This document shows, one piece after another, positions 1 to 11,754 of a DNA stretch of 64,000 nt (its first letter is position 1; each line of letters opens with the position of its first letter). Source of the DNA: Octopus bimaculoides (taxonomy: Eukaryota). Where the stretch lies: assembly GCF_001194135.2 (NCBI RefSeq), contig NC_068981.1, forward strand, positions 98,067,333-98,131,332, read 5' to 3'. Below the pieces are notes generated by a model. It worked only from the letters and a program-made list of their open reading frames with translations. It made no database searches and had not been told where the DNA came from. The translations under genes and the position numbers were made by a program.

Positions 1-121
1 GATGCAGTATATCTGAATTAATTTTTTAATTCAGATATACTGTATCTAGGTAAAGAAAGAAAACTAAGTGTATGGTCACAGCAGGAACCTTACTCATATA
101 ATTACATTTAATGAGCTCAAG

Positions 122-882
122 ATAAAATATTCACAGCTAGAGTACACTAAAATGAAACTAGACTCAAATAGATTTCCTTAATCAAGTATTTAAGTACATG
201 TGTATGTTCTTATGTATCAATTAGATGAAATTATTACTACAGATAAGGAAACGATACTAATTTTTTAGATACAATAACTAACAGACAAATTGGATAATGT
301 AATTCTAGATTCAGAATTTTAAAAAAAGGAAAAAAGGAAAAAGCATATGGCCACAGCAAGAATGTTATTGATCCTAGATCTATTCAATCAGGACTGCCCT
401 AGGAGTAAACAAGCTAAGTTTTCTGACCAGCACTGGCCATGTAGACAGAAATAGTAAGCAGGAGTAACACACTCTCACTTAACTTGCTTTCAGTTTACAG
501 AAAAAATTTATATTGCATTTTACCAATTCATTTGATCCCATCATATCTATTTCTGATCCATTGAGTCAAGTACCCAGTCATTTACTATTGGCATAACAAG
601 ATCTAAGATCAATGACATTCTTGCTGTGAACATATGCTTTTTATTGTATTTTTTAAATTTGGAATCTAGAGTTACATTATCCAATCTGTGCAGAATTACA
701 TTATCTAATTTGTCTGTTAAGTTATTGTATATCAAAAACATTAGTGTTATTTCCTTATTTGTAGTTATAATTCCATCTAACTGAAACATAAGAACATACA
801 CATGTACTTAAATACATGATTAAGGAAATCCATTTGAGTCTAGTTTCATCAAATTAATGTACTCTAGCAGTGGATATTTTAT
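122..882. repeat. Long inverted repeat / foldback element, arms ~122-381 and ~598-882
   Basis: For example, 141-230 is the reverse complement of ~771-865 with few mismatches, and cacagcaagaatgttattgatcctagatct pairs with agatctaagatcaatgacattcttgctgtg. Confidence 0.85.
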
Positions 883-1084
883 GGAGTCTTTATAAGGTAG
901 CTAAAGGTTGTAGAAATAGCAATCAAATCTCCCTTAAATTTATATCTTAAAAAAAGAATACACAAGACAGTGTTGCTCAAGGTATGTTATGCCTGCAAAA
1001 AACCAGGAGGGTCATAATTAGAATGCCTATGATCATTGGTCTGTTCAGCAAGGGTCAAATAGGGCCTGTACAACAAACACCATC

Positions 1085-1420
1085 ATTGGCTGTATGGTAA
1101 GGAGCTTGCTTCCCAACAACATAGTGTTGGATTCAATCCCACTGCATGGCTCTTTGGGCAAGTGTCTTCTGCTACAGCCCTGGGCCAACCAAATCCTTAT
1201 GAGTCAATTTAGTTGACAGGAACTGAAAGAAGCTCATTGTGTGTGTGTGTGGGGGGGGTGCATGTGTGTGTTATTGTGTGTGTGTTAGTCACTGTCTCCT
1301 AGCCTTGACTTCACATGATAGCTGTAAATAAATGTCATTGCTATGCAAGCCGTATCCTTTGTGTCCTTCTATGGAAACAGGCCTAGTCACAAGGAATATT
1401 ACTTCAATAAACCAAACTAT
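1085..1420 (+). mobile_element. Diverged tRNA-derived SINE (main octopus family head)
   Basis: tggctgtatggtaaggagcttgcttcccaac...ggattcaatcccactgc...ttgggcaagtgtcttctgctacagcc, homologous to the 42870-43245 copy. Confidence 0.75.
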
Positions 1421-1499
1421 ACAACATGTAATTATTTTTTGTGAGGGAATGGTGGATCTTGAAGCAGATAAAGTTATAAACAATAGCAAGTAAATATTG

Positions 1500-2030
1500 G
1501 ACTTAAAAAAACCATTTGGAAAAAAAATTCAAAGTCTGCTCAATACTTATCACATTTAAAAGAGATGTGGATCCATATCCCACAGTCAGACCATAACATT
1601 TTCAATCCAAAGGGATTTTTAACCTGATATTTACATGCCATTGTTCATAGCTTTATCTGCTTCAAGATCTACCATTCAAAGAAAAAATTATTTCACATTC
1701 TCTCAGTGTTTATAAATTCTTCTGGATGCCAACAACATACACATTGTTTAACACAGTCTTAAAGCAGTGTTGCTGTAAAATGGAAATTGGGGAATATACT
1801 ACAAGTTATCAGCAAAATGAGGCCGCTATCAAACTTACAGCAGCTTAAGATTGAGCAAAAAAAATTCACGTTTGGTGTCCATAACCAATGAAGCATGTTG
1901 CCACAGCACATGTTCTATAGTCCAATGTCATCATTCATAACACAGTGGCATATCTCCACACACATTGTCCTCCAAAGACAGTATCCACAACAAAGGTCTT
2001 TCCATGGTTGAATGTACACAAACGTATTAA
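1500..2030 (-). pseudogene. Highly decayed hAT (Charlie/SPIN, GTF2IRD2-like) transposase remnant
   Basis: Frameshifted minus-strand pieces (HVLCGNML..VMDT..VNFF, KFDS, FPFYS, EEFI) follow the order of the hAT C(2)H...VMD..VKTVNFIRSRGLNHRQF...LPYYT region. Judged by eye only. Confidence 0.35.
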
Positions 2031-2104
2031 ATGTAACTGTAAACATTTATACTCTAAAGTGTATTTATAAGGTTAAAACACACAAACACACATACATATA
2101 TGCT

Positions 2105-2335
2105 TAACTCTTTAGCATTTACACTAATCTCTGAAATGTAATGCTTAGTTATTCACATAGTTTTGAATTAGTCATGCATTGTCTTCAAGCTTTAAGATTT
2201 TTATGTAACTGTTTATTTTTAGAATGACACTGTAGGATTGGTGTGAAAGGCCAGATCTGGCTAGTTTGAACATAAAACAAGTAGATGTTGGTTAGTAGAA
2301 GAAGAAGTAGTAGTAGTAGTAGTAATAGTAGTAGT

Positions 2336-2403
<68 letters not shown>

Positions 2404-2424
2404 TAGTAGTAGTAGGCATCTTTC

Positions 2425-2465
<41 letters not shown>

Positions 2466-2694
2466 GCATCCGTCAAGTCTCGGGAGACCATGGATCTGCA
2501 TCAAAAAAATTGTGGTGTTGATGGTGGTGCAGCATCTGCTGTGGATGTAGAGGCCCACATGGGAGTGGCAGACACACATATAGCAACTGTATTTGAAGGA
2601 GCTCTCTACCAGCGCTACTGGTTTTTCTTCTTTTTTTGTGTGCTTTTCTTTGGTGACAAGTTCCTATACGGCAGATTTAAATGCTAAAGGGTTA
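2105..2694 (+). mobile_element. TTAA-flanked piggyBac-type MITE (family A) interrupted by a TAG/CAG microsatellite
   Basis: Starts ttaactctttagcatt and ends aatgctaaagggttaa. The internal sequence matches other copies (14145, 25330, 44600, 46740). Confidence 0.75.
2294..2460. repeat. Compound (TAG)n/(CAG)n microsatellite
   Basis: Direct reading; source of the poly-S, poly-L and poly-Y pseudo-ORFs. Confidence 0.97.
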
Positions 2695-2956
2695 ATTATA
2701 TCTTTTGATTAGCTGCAAAGCTACATAAGTACATGGCTCTTATCAAAATTTTACTAAGTGCCTTGCACAAAATTCAAGGCCCTTGAGCCACTACAATAGC
2801 TTTACATCTCATAAATAAACAAACATATGTTCTATTTTGCATATTGACACGTGTCTGTTTGTACCATAGTACTGTTTGTACTATGACACATGTTGTTTAA
2901 ACATATACAGTTCTCATTATTTGGAAATTCTTGAATTTAAATAAAATGTAACTTAC

Positions 2957-3034
2957 CTGAAGCTACCATAGACAATCAGGAGTATTGAGATCACAAATGT
3001 TGACAACCTGGAGGAATCTACCACTGAGATGGCT
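2957..3034 (-). CDS. SPPL3: Internal coding exon (orthologue of exon 2) of signal peptide peptidase-like 3
   Basis: Minus strand reads tttttttttttcag|A GCC ATC TCA GTG GTA GAT TCC TCC AGG TTG TCA ACA TTT GTG ATC TCA ATA CTC CTG ATT GTC TAT GGT AGC TTC AG|gtaagt. It translates to [25 protein letters not shown](R), matching recalled human SPPL3 [26 protein letters not shown]. It has a perfect donor, a poly-T acceptor, 78 nt length and phase 2/2, as I recall for the human exon. It is too short to appear in the ORF track. Confidence 0.93.
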
Positions 3035-3063
3035 CTGAAAAAAAAAACCCCCAGATATTCCAT

Positions 3064-3065
<2 letters not shown>

Positions 3066-3110
<45 letters not shown>
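3066..3110. repeat. (TAT)n microsatellite ~30 nt from the SPPL3 acceptor
   Basis: Direct reading. Confidence 0.95.
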
Positions 3111-3422
3111 GTCTTTCAATTTTGTTTCCATTTCTTGCTGACCATCTTCCAGACACCTAGGGCAAAGAAACTCACTGTATACATTGGTAGTTCATTAAAA
3201 TAAAGATACTAGATTGTTCATTTACAAAATCATGTGATACAAAAAAAAAAAGGAGGAAGAGAGACAGAGCAAAAAAAGACAGAAGGAAAAAAAGGAAACA
3301 AGGAAAATGAAGGGAAAAAAGGATGAAAATTCAGTGACAACGCTCTTTTCAATACATGTGATGTACCAGTTAAGTCAATCTTTTGCACTGCCTGCATGGA
3401 GGGTAAGCCAAGGATCATCCTC

Positions 3423-3462
<40 letters not shown>

Positions 3463-3717
3463 AATTCTTTGATACAAGACATTGACTGTAGCAACAATAA
3501 CAACAACAAACTTATGTGAAACTGTTATCAGCTTTCAGTTATGCAGTCAAAGTATCTCTTTCTCATTCAACTACTGTTACCATCACCACTACTACTACCA
3601 CTACAACTACTATCTCAACTACTACTCCTGCTTGTTTCTAGTTGTAATCAGCAATGGATCTCATTCTATCCCAGTCTATTCCCACTAATAGTGTTATGTT
3701 TGTATATGGAGACATGT

Positions 3718-4095
3718 TGTTGTTGTTGGCACTCCGTCGCATACGACGTCGAGAGTTCCAGTCGATCCAATCAACGGAACAGCCTTCTCGTGAAATTAAC
3801 GTGCAAGTGGCTGAGCAAGCCACAGACACGTGTCCCCTTAACATAGTTCTCGGGGATATTCAGTGTGACAAGGCTGGCCCTTTGAAATACAGGTACAACA
3901 GAAACAGGAAAAAAGAGTGAGAGAAAGTTGTGGTAGAAGAGTACAGCAGGGTTCGCCACCATCCCCTGCCGGAGCCTTGTGGAGCTTTAGGTGTTTTCGC
4001 TCAATAAACACTCACAATGCCCGGTCTGGGAATCGAAACTGCGATCCTATGATCGCGAGTCTGCTGCCCTAACCACTGGGCCATTGCGCCTCTAC
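3718..4095 (-). mobile_element. Young tRNA(Arg)-like SINE (OR-type), full length, 12-bp TSD
   Basis: Head on the minus strand is aggcgcaatggcccagtggttagggcagcagactcgcg...gtttcgattccc (A and B boxes), with an (AAC)n tail. TSD atggagacatgt at 3706-3717 and 4096-4107. Confidence 0.9.
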
Positions 4096-4164
4096 ATGGA
4101 GACATGTACTGTACTACAAAGGGTAAGCTCCCACAAAGCTGAGTTCTCAGCTCAGTTTTAATTT

Positions 4165-4425
4165 ATGACTGGCTGTTTCCCTTCTTTTACACAACAGGCA
4201 CTTTTCGAAAAGTAATAAATATCACAACATGCAGTTTCTACTGCCTTGTAAACCTGAGCTTCAAACAGTGGATGAACTGGTAGAATTGTTAGAATACTAG
4301 ACAAAACACTTTGTGGTATTAAGTTATAATCCTTTGTTCTGAATTTAAATTCTGCCAAGGTCAACTTTATTTTTTAACATTCAGAAAGGGCAATAAAATA
4401 AATACTGGCCAAGAAGAGGGATTGA
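4165..4425 (+). mobile_element. Diverged SINE fragment (ggtgagctggcagaa-head family)
   Basis: gttctgaatttaaattctgccaaggtcaacttt motif shared with the 21618, 45068 and 46948 copies. Confidence 0.45.
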
Positions 4426-4992
4426 TATATAACTAAATATCATGTGATGTACATCATTTCTACAAGGTGGTCTAGCTAGCTTTTCATCATCAGCAGCAGT
4501 AGTAGTAATCACCATCATCATTTAACGTCCACTTTTCCATGCTTGCATGAATTCGATACAATTTGCTGAGGCCCTTCCTATCATCTTCACTCATCTGTTT
4601 CCAAGCAAGGGAATATTTGCCCCATGGCCAGACATTTTTACTTACTAGACATAGTGAGATGTTTACATGGAAGATTGATAACAAACATCAATGCTTTATG
4701 ACAATGAAGATCATCTAAGAACCATCATGAGACGTTGAGACAAATATGTATGTGTGTGCATGTGTGTGTGCATATTCATACACACACCCACACATATCAT
4801 TATCAACATTTCATGTCCATTTTCCATGCTAGCATGAGGGGCTGCACCAATTCCATAGTCTGTTTTGGCTTGGTTTCTACTGCTAGATGCCCTTCCTGAT
4901 GCCAACCACTTTAAAGAATGCACTCGGTGCTTTTTATGTGGCATCTTGGTTTTAGGATCTCAATTCTGTTGTGGTGGACAGGTCTTCTAGAG

Positions 4993-5285
4993 CAGGGATT
5001 TTTAAACTTTTTGACTTGCGGACCCCTTTATATTTCAGGCTTTACCTTAGGGACCCCCTTATAAACGCTTATGAAATTTATACATAAATATTTGCTTAAA
5101 ATAACATATTTTTACATTTATTTATTTAACAGTATTTAACAAATAGGGTTATTGTCAATTAAAAGATTTCGATTTAAAAACATATATAAAATCAAATTGC
5201 CCATAAAAAGTATTTGCTGTCTATGGACCCCCTGTCTTGTCCTTGCAGACCCCCTGTGGTCCGCGGACCATAGTTTGAAAACCCG
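4993..5285 (+). mobile_element. hAT-Charlie-type MITE with 8-bp TSD TTCTAGAG
   Basis: Termini are cagggatttttaaact and agtttgaaaacccg. Identical ttctagag at 4985-4992 and 5286-5293; NTCTAGAN is the Charlie-type target. Confidence 0.88.
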
Positions 5286-5323
5286 TTCTAGAGTACAGGA
5301 ATTTACCAGATATCTCAGTTTTT

Positions 5324-5360
<37 letters not shown>

Positions 5361-6084
5361 GTGTATGAATGGGGTGTCATCATCATCATCATTTAACATA
5401 GAAGACAAAGATAAGATGATGATGACCTTCCTCCTCCACACACACATATACATACATACATACATACAAACAAATTCTGTGCTTGTAATAATTTTTTTAG
5501 GAAAATGTAAAACTGCAAGTGGAGAAAAATGTTGAGCACAACTATTCACTCTGCTATACACACAGCTCTGTAAGTTACAACAATTCTAAATCCTCCAATG
5601 TGCTTCTTGGAAAGGATAACATTAGCTTAATTTATTGAGACAATAGAATTAAAATTTAATCTGGCTTAATCCAATGGAGAGCTGCTTAACTTAATTGTCA
5701 AGCATGAAACAGTTTCAGCTAATCCATTTTCAACCTTGATAAATTAGGTAGGAAAAAAAAGATAACCTATGAAAAAAAAAAAAATTTTCTAGTTTGATAT
5801 GTTTTATTTGTTATATTCTCCTACATTATGAATCTGTGAGGTCAGATTCAAAACATGTTTTGCATGTAGAAAATTTATTGTTCTTCAAAATCTCGCTAAT
5901 AAAAACACCTTTGTTGATAGTGAAGTGAAGGTTCATACTTTTATAGTAATCAAATTGTTAACGCTTTGCTCAAAATTGTATGCCTTCAGAAAATATTAGG
6001 AGCACATGCATAGCACATTATATATAATACAAGGCCATATGGCATAAATATAATCTATAATACTAAATGCCAAACCAAACTTTT

Positions 6085-6375
6085 GTGTGTCAGTGTCACA
6101 CTTTGCTCCCCCCCCCCTCACTATTTAATGACACTTCTACTCCTCTTGCTGGGTAATAGCAGGCATAGGGAAGGTGAAGGTAGTGGTAGATTGGCAGTTG
6201 AGATGGGGGTGACAGTAATAGTAAGAGCTGTAGTTGTGATAGAGGCGGAGGCGATGGTGAGGATGGCGGTGGTGGTGGTGGTAGCTGAGGCAGTCAAGCA
6301 TGACGGTGATAGTAAGGGATGTGAAAGAGTGGTGATGGTGGTGAGGGGAAGGTGGCGAAGTCAAAGGTGTTGATA
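6085..6375. repeat. Degenerate (GGT/GAT)-rich low-complexity tract
   Basis: Direct reading; produces the His- and Val-rich pseudo-ORFs. Confidence 0.8.
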
Positions 6376-6983
6376 GTATTTGGCAAAAATACTCTAACCC
6401 TAAAACCCTAAAGCTAAAACCAGTACAAACACACAAACGATGTCATAAATAACAATACCGCCCGATAATTGTTGACAAACAACGGCACTAATTTATTCAA
6501 GGAAAAAAATTCCATTACACCGCTAGAACGTTTTGTTTACATTCCACAGCGGTAATTGTTTTCACCTCAATAGACATCAGTGGTTGGCTGAAATTACCGA
6601 AATACGACAACTTTTAACATGAAATAACTTCGAGTATAAACATTTTTCTCTGTTCTATAAGACAAAATATACAAGTATACGAAGTTTTAAAGTGTTTCGG
6701 TAGAAAACACACTAAATTAAAACTAAATAAAAAGTGGCGCCCACCAAATCAGAAAGATCCGGTGGTAGTACTGGTGGTGGTTGAAAACAATCAGCAGAAA
6801 GAGAGAGGGAAAGAAAGAGGTTAGACAGAAAAAAATTGAACTGACCCCAACCCCATATAGGTGCAGACATGACTGTGTAGGCAGGAAGCAAACTTTTCAA
6901 CCATGTGGCCTTAGGTTTAGTCCCACCGTGCAGCTCCCCCCCCCCCCCCNNNNNNNNNNGTAGATGGGAACTGAAAGATGCTG

Positions 6984-7018
<35 letters not shown>

Positions 7019-7259
7019 CACCCTTGGCTTGGCATCATATCTTCTTCTGTAAAAAAAAAATATCTGACCCATACTAGTATGAAAAGGTAGATGTTAAATG
7101 GTGATGATGATGATATACAGGATGCACAGTATGTGTTACCAGATGTACCAAATTTTAACTTCATCATTTCCCTTTAAGTCTTATCAATAGTAGATTCAAA
7201 TCTGACTGAAAAAGTGAAGGCATGCAATGCATAAGAAGCTAGCTGCTAACCACAGTGAC

Positions 7260-7680
7260 TTAGAGCTGACCAGCTTCTTGGCTGGGCCATTCATGTTCAG
7301 GGTCATGAAAGGGCTAGAGACCATGTTCACCATGACCAACAGAAAGAAATAGTTTCAATGGGTGACTAAGTTCATCCAGTAAGTCCAAGATATCCTCAGC
7401 AGCAACTGCAGCAGTTTGATGGTAGGGTTTATCACAGGGTAGATCAAGGTGGTTGAATCTACTTTCAACTATGTGGTGCATGAAAACATCAGATACAAGT
7501 CTTACATGATGAGGAGAGTAAAGTTAACGTTCAGCCAGACCCCCAAGAGAAAGATGTGATCATGTGATTCACCACTCCCATCTCCACCTAAACATTATAC
7601 AGCCTCTCAGCTCTTCTGATTTGAACCTTCTAAACTACTTTGTCTGGAGTGTCATGAAGTGAGGAACCAAGACCTCATGA
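7260..7680 (+). pseudogene. Decayed Tc1/mariner (DD37D/maT-like) transposase remnant
   Basis: ctctcagctcttctgatttgaaccttctaaactactttgtctggagtgtc reads LSSSDLNLLNYFVWSV, resembling WPPSSPDLNPLDYFVW. Upstream HENIRYKSYMMRR resembles the DLGYKSY motif. Confidence 0.55.
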
Positions 7681-8891
7681 GGTTTGCCTTAGAAGGTGGC
7701 ACAAATTGGGTCTACCTGGCCTGCGTTGTAGAATAGCCTGTTTTAGTTTTTCTTTTATGTTTCTAGGTAAATGTGTATGCCATTTTGCACTGCACATTTT
7801 TACTTTGCTTTTGAGTTTTTTTTTTGTTTAATGTTCATATTTTTCTTTGTGTTTCATTTTGTTCTTGCAACCTGTAAATACAACACCAACACACACACAA
7901 CATAACCAAATATCTGACTATCTTAAAGGTAAGTTTGCCATTGAAAAATAATCTCAATATAAAATGATCTTTTCTTGTCTCTTTATAATTGCTAATAAGT
8001 AATTAAATAAACTGACAGCTTAACAAATTGTATTTAATGCATTACTAGATCTAACACAACACACACAGAATTAGAACATTCTTTCGACCAATATAAATAC
8101 TATTTAGTACAAACACTCATAAAATAAAAAATTCATCAATAAAACAGTTTTCATAAGTAAACCAACCAGTCATACATGTACATCAGACGTTAGTGTAACA
8201 ATGCTCACTTCTCAACATTAATTTCTGACATCACTGCACTTTACCATAATAAATGTTTAATCATTAAATTGGGAAATTAAATGCAAATGAGTTTTAAAGA
8301 ATTTCTATAATTACTCAATGCTATTAAGAATGGAACTGTTCTATCAATGAAATGTTTTCAAGATATTTTCAAGATATTTCTGGCTGTATAAATCTATATC
8401 TCTCTATATATCTTATCTCTGTATCCATCTATTTTTCTATATGTATCTCTCTAATTCTGTCTATCTATCTATATCTACAGGTGACTGTGAAATTAAGAGA
8501 TTTGATTTACTCAATGCTGTATACTCCTTCAGTGTTTAAATTTTCTATAAATCTACATTTCCTTTCATGGAACTATCACATGTCACTAAAATATTTAGTG
8601 ATATTTCACTTAAAAAAAAATAATAATTCAGAGGTGAATTACCTGGAGAAATGGCATTTTATGAAAGCACAAACTTGCATTTGTTACATATCAAGTTGCA
8701 TAAGGCTACATACCAAGTTACACAACTGTATACTTATGCTCTGAATAAATAGGCTGTAGAAACATGTGAATACCTTAAAATACCCTTTCATTTAATTCGA
8801 ATTACTAAATGTAAACATAAAGGGTGTCCATAAATAATCTCTACAACTTCCACATATAAACTGGGGATATTTTAAAGATTATATGTGTATG

Positions 8892-8932
<41 letters not shown>

Positions 8933-8937
8933 GTACG

Positions 8938-8979
<42 letters not shown>

Positions 8980-8983
<4 letters not shown>

Positions 8984-9288
8984 GTAATCCCATAAATAAT
9001 ATAGCATAAGCCAGTGTCAACAATGGTTCCAGAAATTCCGAACTGAAAACTACAGCCTAGAAGACGAACCTTGATCTGGAAGATCTGTAGAGCTCAACGA
9101 GGACATCTTGCAAACCTTGGTGGAACAAAATCCCATCATAACTGTTGACGAACTAGCAAAGAAGCTTGGATTTGGTCATTCAACCATTCATCAACACCTG
9201 TGTGTCATCAAAAAAGTCAGCAAATTGGGTCACTGGGTTCCTCAGAAACTTTCCGAGTCTAATCGTGTGCAGAGAGTGAATGTGTGCT
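8980..9288 (+). mobile_element. Mariner transposon 5' part (TIR plus HTH region), truncated by gap
   Basis: After a TA run comes ttgggtaatcccataaataat, then CQQWFQKFRTENYSLEDEP*SGRSVELNEDILQTLVEQNPIITVDELAKKLGFGHSTIHQHL...KLGHWVPQKLSE, containing the mariner WVP motif. Confidence 0.9.
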
Positions 9289-9938
9289 NNNNNNNNNNNN
9301 NNNNNNNNNNNNNNNNNNNNNNNNNNNNNNNNNNNNNNNNNNNNNNNNNNNNNNNNNNNNNNNNNNNNNNNNNNNNNNNNNNNNNNNNNNNNNNNNNNNN
9401 NNNNNNNNNNNNNNNNNNNNNNNNNNNNNNNNNNNNNNNNNNNNNNNNNNNNNNNNNNNNNNNNNNNNNNNNNNNNNNNNNNNNNNNNNNNNNNNNNNNN
9501 NNNNNNNNNNNNNNNNNNNNNNNNNNNNNNNNNNNNNNNNNNNNNNNNNNNNNNNNNNNNNNNNNNNNNNNNNNNNNNNNNNNNNNNNNNNNNNNNNNNN
9601 NNNNNNNNNNNNNNNNNNNNNNNNNNNNNNNNNNNNNNNNNNNNNNNNNNNNNNNNNNNNNNNNNNNNNNNNNNNNNNNNNNNNNNNNNNNNNNNNNNNN
9701 NNNNNNNNNNNNNNNNNNNNNNNNNNNNNNNNNNNNNNNNNNNNNNNNNNNNNNNNNNNNNNNNNNNNNNNNNNNNNNNNNNNNNNNNNNNNNNNNNNNN
9801 NNNNNNNNNNNNNNNNNNNNNNNNNNNNNNNNNNNNNNNNNNNNNNNNNNNNNNNNNNNNNNNNNNNNNNNNNNNNNNNNNNNNNNNNNNNNNNNNNNNN
9901 NNNNNNNNNNNNNNNNNNNNNNNNNNNNNNNNNNNNNN

Positions 9939-9974
<36 letters not shown>

Positions 9975-10355
9975 CAAAAGAAATAAAAACAAAAGAATAA
10001 ATCTTCCAACAATTTTACAATTCTACAAATAGAAATAGTAGCCAACACTAAATTCATGCAAAGTTTAGTCCGACAGCAGAATATCATGCATACATAATGG
10101 CTAGGGAAATTAATGCATGAGAATAGATGTAAAAAATATAAAAAAAAGAATGAACATTACATTTTTGGTGAGATAAAAAAATATGTTCAATGTCATGCAA
10201 GATGTAAAAATCAATACAGAAATTCTCATATACAACAAAAGACTGTCTGATGTCTGTGAGATACAAGTGCTAAAAAGTGAAGTCGAAGGTACTTTAATTT
10301 TTTTTAATTTTTTTTGTTTTTTTTTGTTATTCACACTTGAAAGAATTATAAGTAC

Positions 10356-10730
10356 ATCTTTTATTTGTTTCAGTCATTGAACTGTAGCCATGTTAGGACA
10401 CTGCTTTGAAGGGTATAGCCAATCAAATCGACCCCAGTACTTATTTTCTAAATCTGGTGCTTATTCTATCAATCTTTTTCACAGAACCACTGAGATACAG
10501 GGATGTAAACAAACCAACACCTACTGTCAAGTGGTTGTGAAGCAAGAGACAAACAAAACACACACACACACACACACAACAGGCTAGCAGATAGTTTCCA
10601 TCTACCAAATTCATTCAAAAGCAGTGGTCAGCCTAGGGCTATAATAGAAGATACTAGGAGCCATGCAGTGGGACTGAACTCAAAACCACATGGTTACAAA
10701 ATGAGTTTCTTACCCCAACAACCATACCTG
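10356..10730 (-). mobile_element. Main-family tRNA SINE
   Basis: Reverse complement of the consensus seen at 42870-43245. Confidence 0.8.
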
Positions 10731-11149
10731 TATGTATAATTACTAACATTTTTTTAGCGAAAACTCCTAAAGTAATCTAAAGGATCTCCAAAAGCAACAT
10801 CTTTGCTAAGATGCTAAAGTGTTACTTTCTGCCATTTCTTGTCACAAATATCAAACCCAATCATATAAATCTCTTCAGATCAATGATAGAGGCACCTTAA
10901 TTTGGTTTTATACTTACCAGAAATGGCTCCAGAGCCCTATTTTATGCATCAAGGCTTTTAAACACAAACACTTAAATGCACAAATCCCCCGTCTTGCTTG
11001 TCCCTTGATATTCAGGATACAATGTGAAGGTGGTGGTACATGCTTTGCCAGAGAAAATTACAGATTTCACAAGAAATTATAAGAGAACATTTTTTCTTTT
11101 TTTGCTGAGATATCAAAATTATGGTTTTGAATCCTGACTCATCACAGTC

Positions 11150-11345
11150 ATCGTCATCATTTAATGTCCAATTTCCATGGTAGCATGGGTTGGCAGGTTT
11201 GACAGGATCCATTGAGGACAAAAACTGCATTGAGTGCCAATGTTGTCTTTGGAATGGTTTCTATCGTTGGGTGCCCTTCCTAATGCCAGCCACTTTATAG
11301 CATATACTAACTGGGTGCCTTTTTTCATGCCACCTCCACTAGTGA
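11150..11345 (-). mobile_element. SINE 3' part with (GAT)n tail (ggcatccagc family)
   Basis: catcatttaatgtccaatttccatggtagcatgggttgg...gcccttcctaatgccagccact. Confidence 0.7.
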
Positions 11346-11754
11346 GGCTGCCCTACAGTTTGAAAGACCCACCACCACCACCACCACCAGTAAATGGGGC
11401 AGGATATCAGCTTCACATTAAGGAACAAGGGGGTTAAACTATGGGAAGAGATGGAGTAGGGGGGGGTGTCAGATCAGGTTCTTGAAGAGGATCTGCATGA
11501 CTACTCACATTTAGTAGGAGAGAGGGAGAAAGAGAAAAGAAAAATGATCAGTAGATGTTAAGAGATAGATTATAGCAATGAGGTGTCCAGTTGGCCCCAC
11601 AAGGCACAAAGTGAATAGAAGTGGGTAGGTGCAAGACTGTAAAGGGAAGAGATGAGGGGACAGGGAAGCAGACTATAAAATTAAGGTAGCATTGAAGGGT
11701 GGATTACGTGTTTTGGTCATCTTTACTGATTTTCTGTAGATATAGCCAGTACTG

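Larger units (their letters stand above)
1..2956 (-). other. SPPL3: Probable SPPL3 intron 2 (next exon outside window)
   Basis: Begins with gtaagt at 2956-2951. No SLNM(D/E)-like exon was found between 1 and 2950. Confidence 0.7.

Noticed and set aside
2185-2579. Poly-Leu, poly-Ser and poly-Tyr ORFs
   Set aside because: Translations of the TAG/CAG microsatellite.
6394-6421. Telomere-like ctaaccctaaaaccctaa
   Set aside because: Only 3-4 degenerate units inside an interspersed repeat; not an array.
9108-10087. Long ORFs of 230-292 aa in the ORF track (also 28230-29201 and 63267-63717)
   Set aside because: They are runs of X across N gaps. Only the 5' part of 9108-9288 is real, and it is a mariner relic.
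10911-11045. Minus-strand exon ending CTG|gtaagt (MHKIGLWSHF) as SPPL3 exon 1
   Set aside because: No similarity to SPPL3 N-termini, and no promoter-like context or good acceptor. Treated as a cryptic donor.
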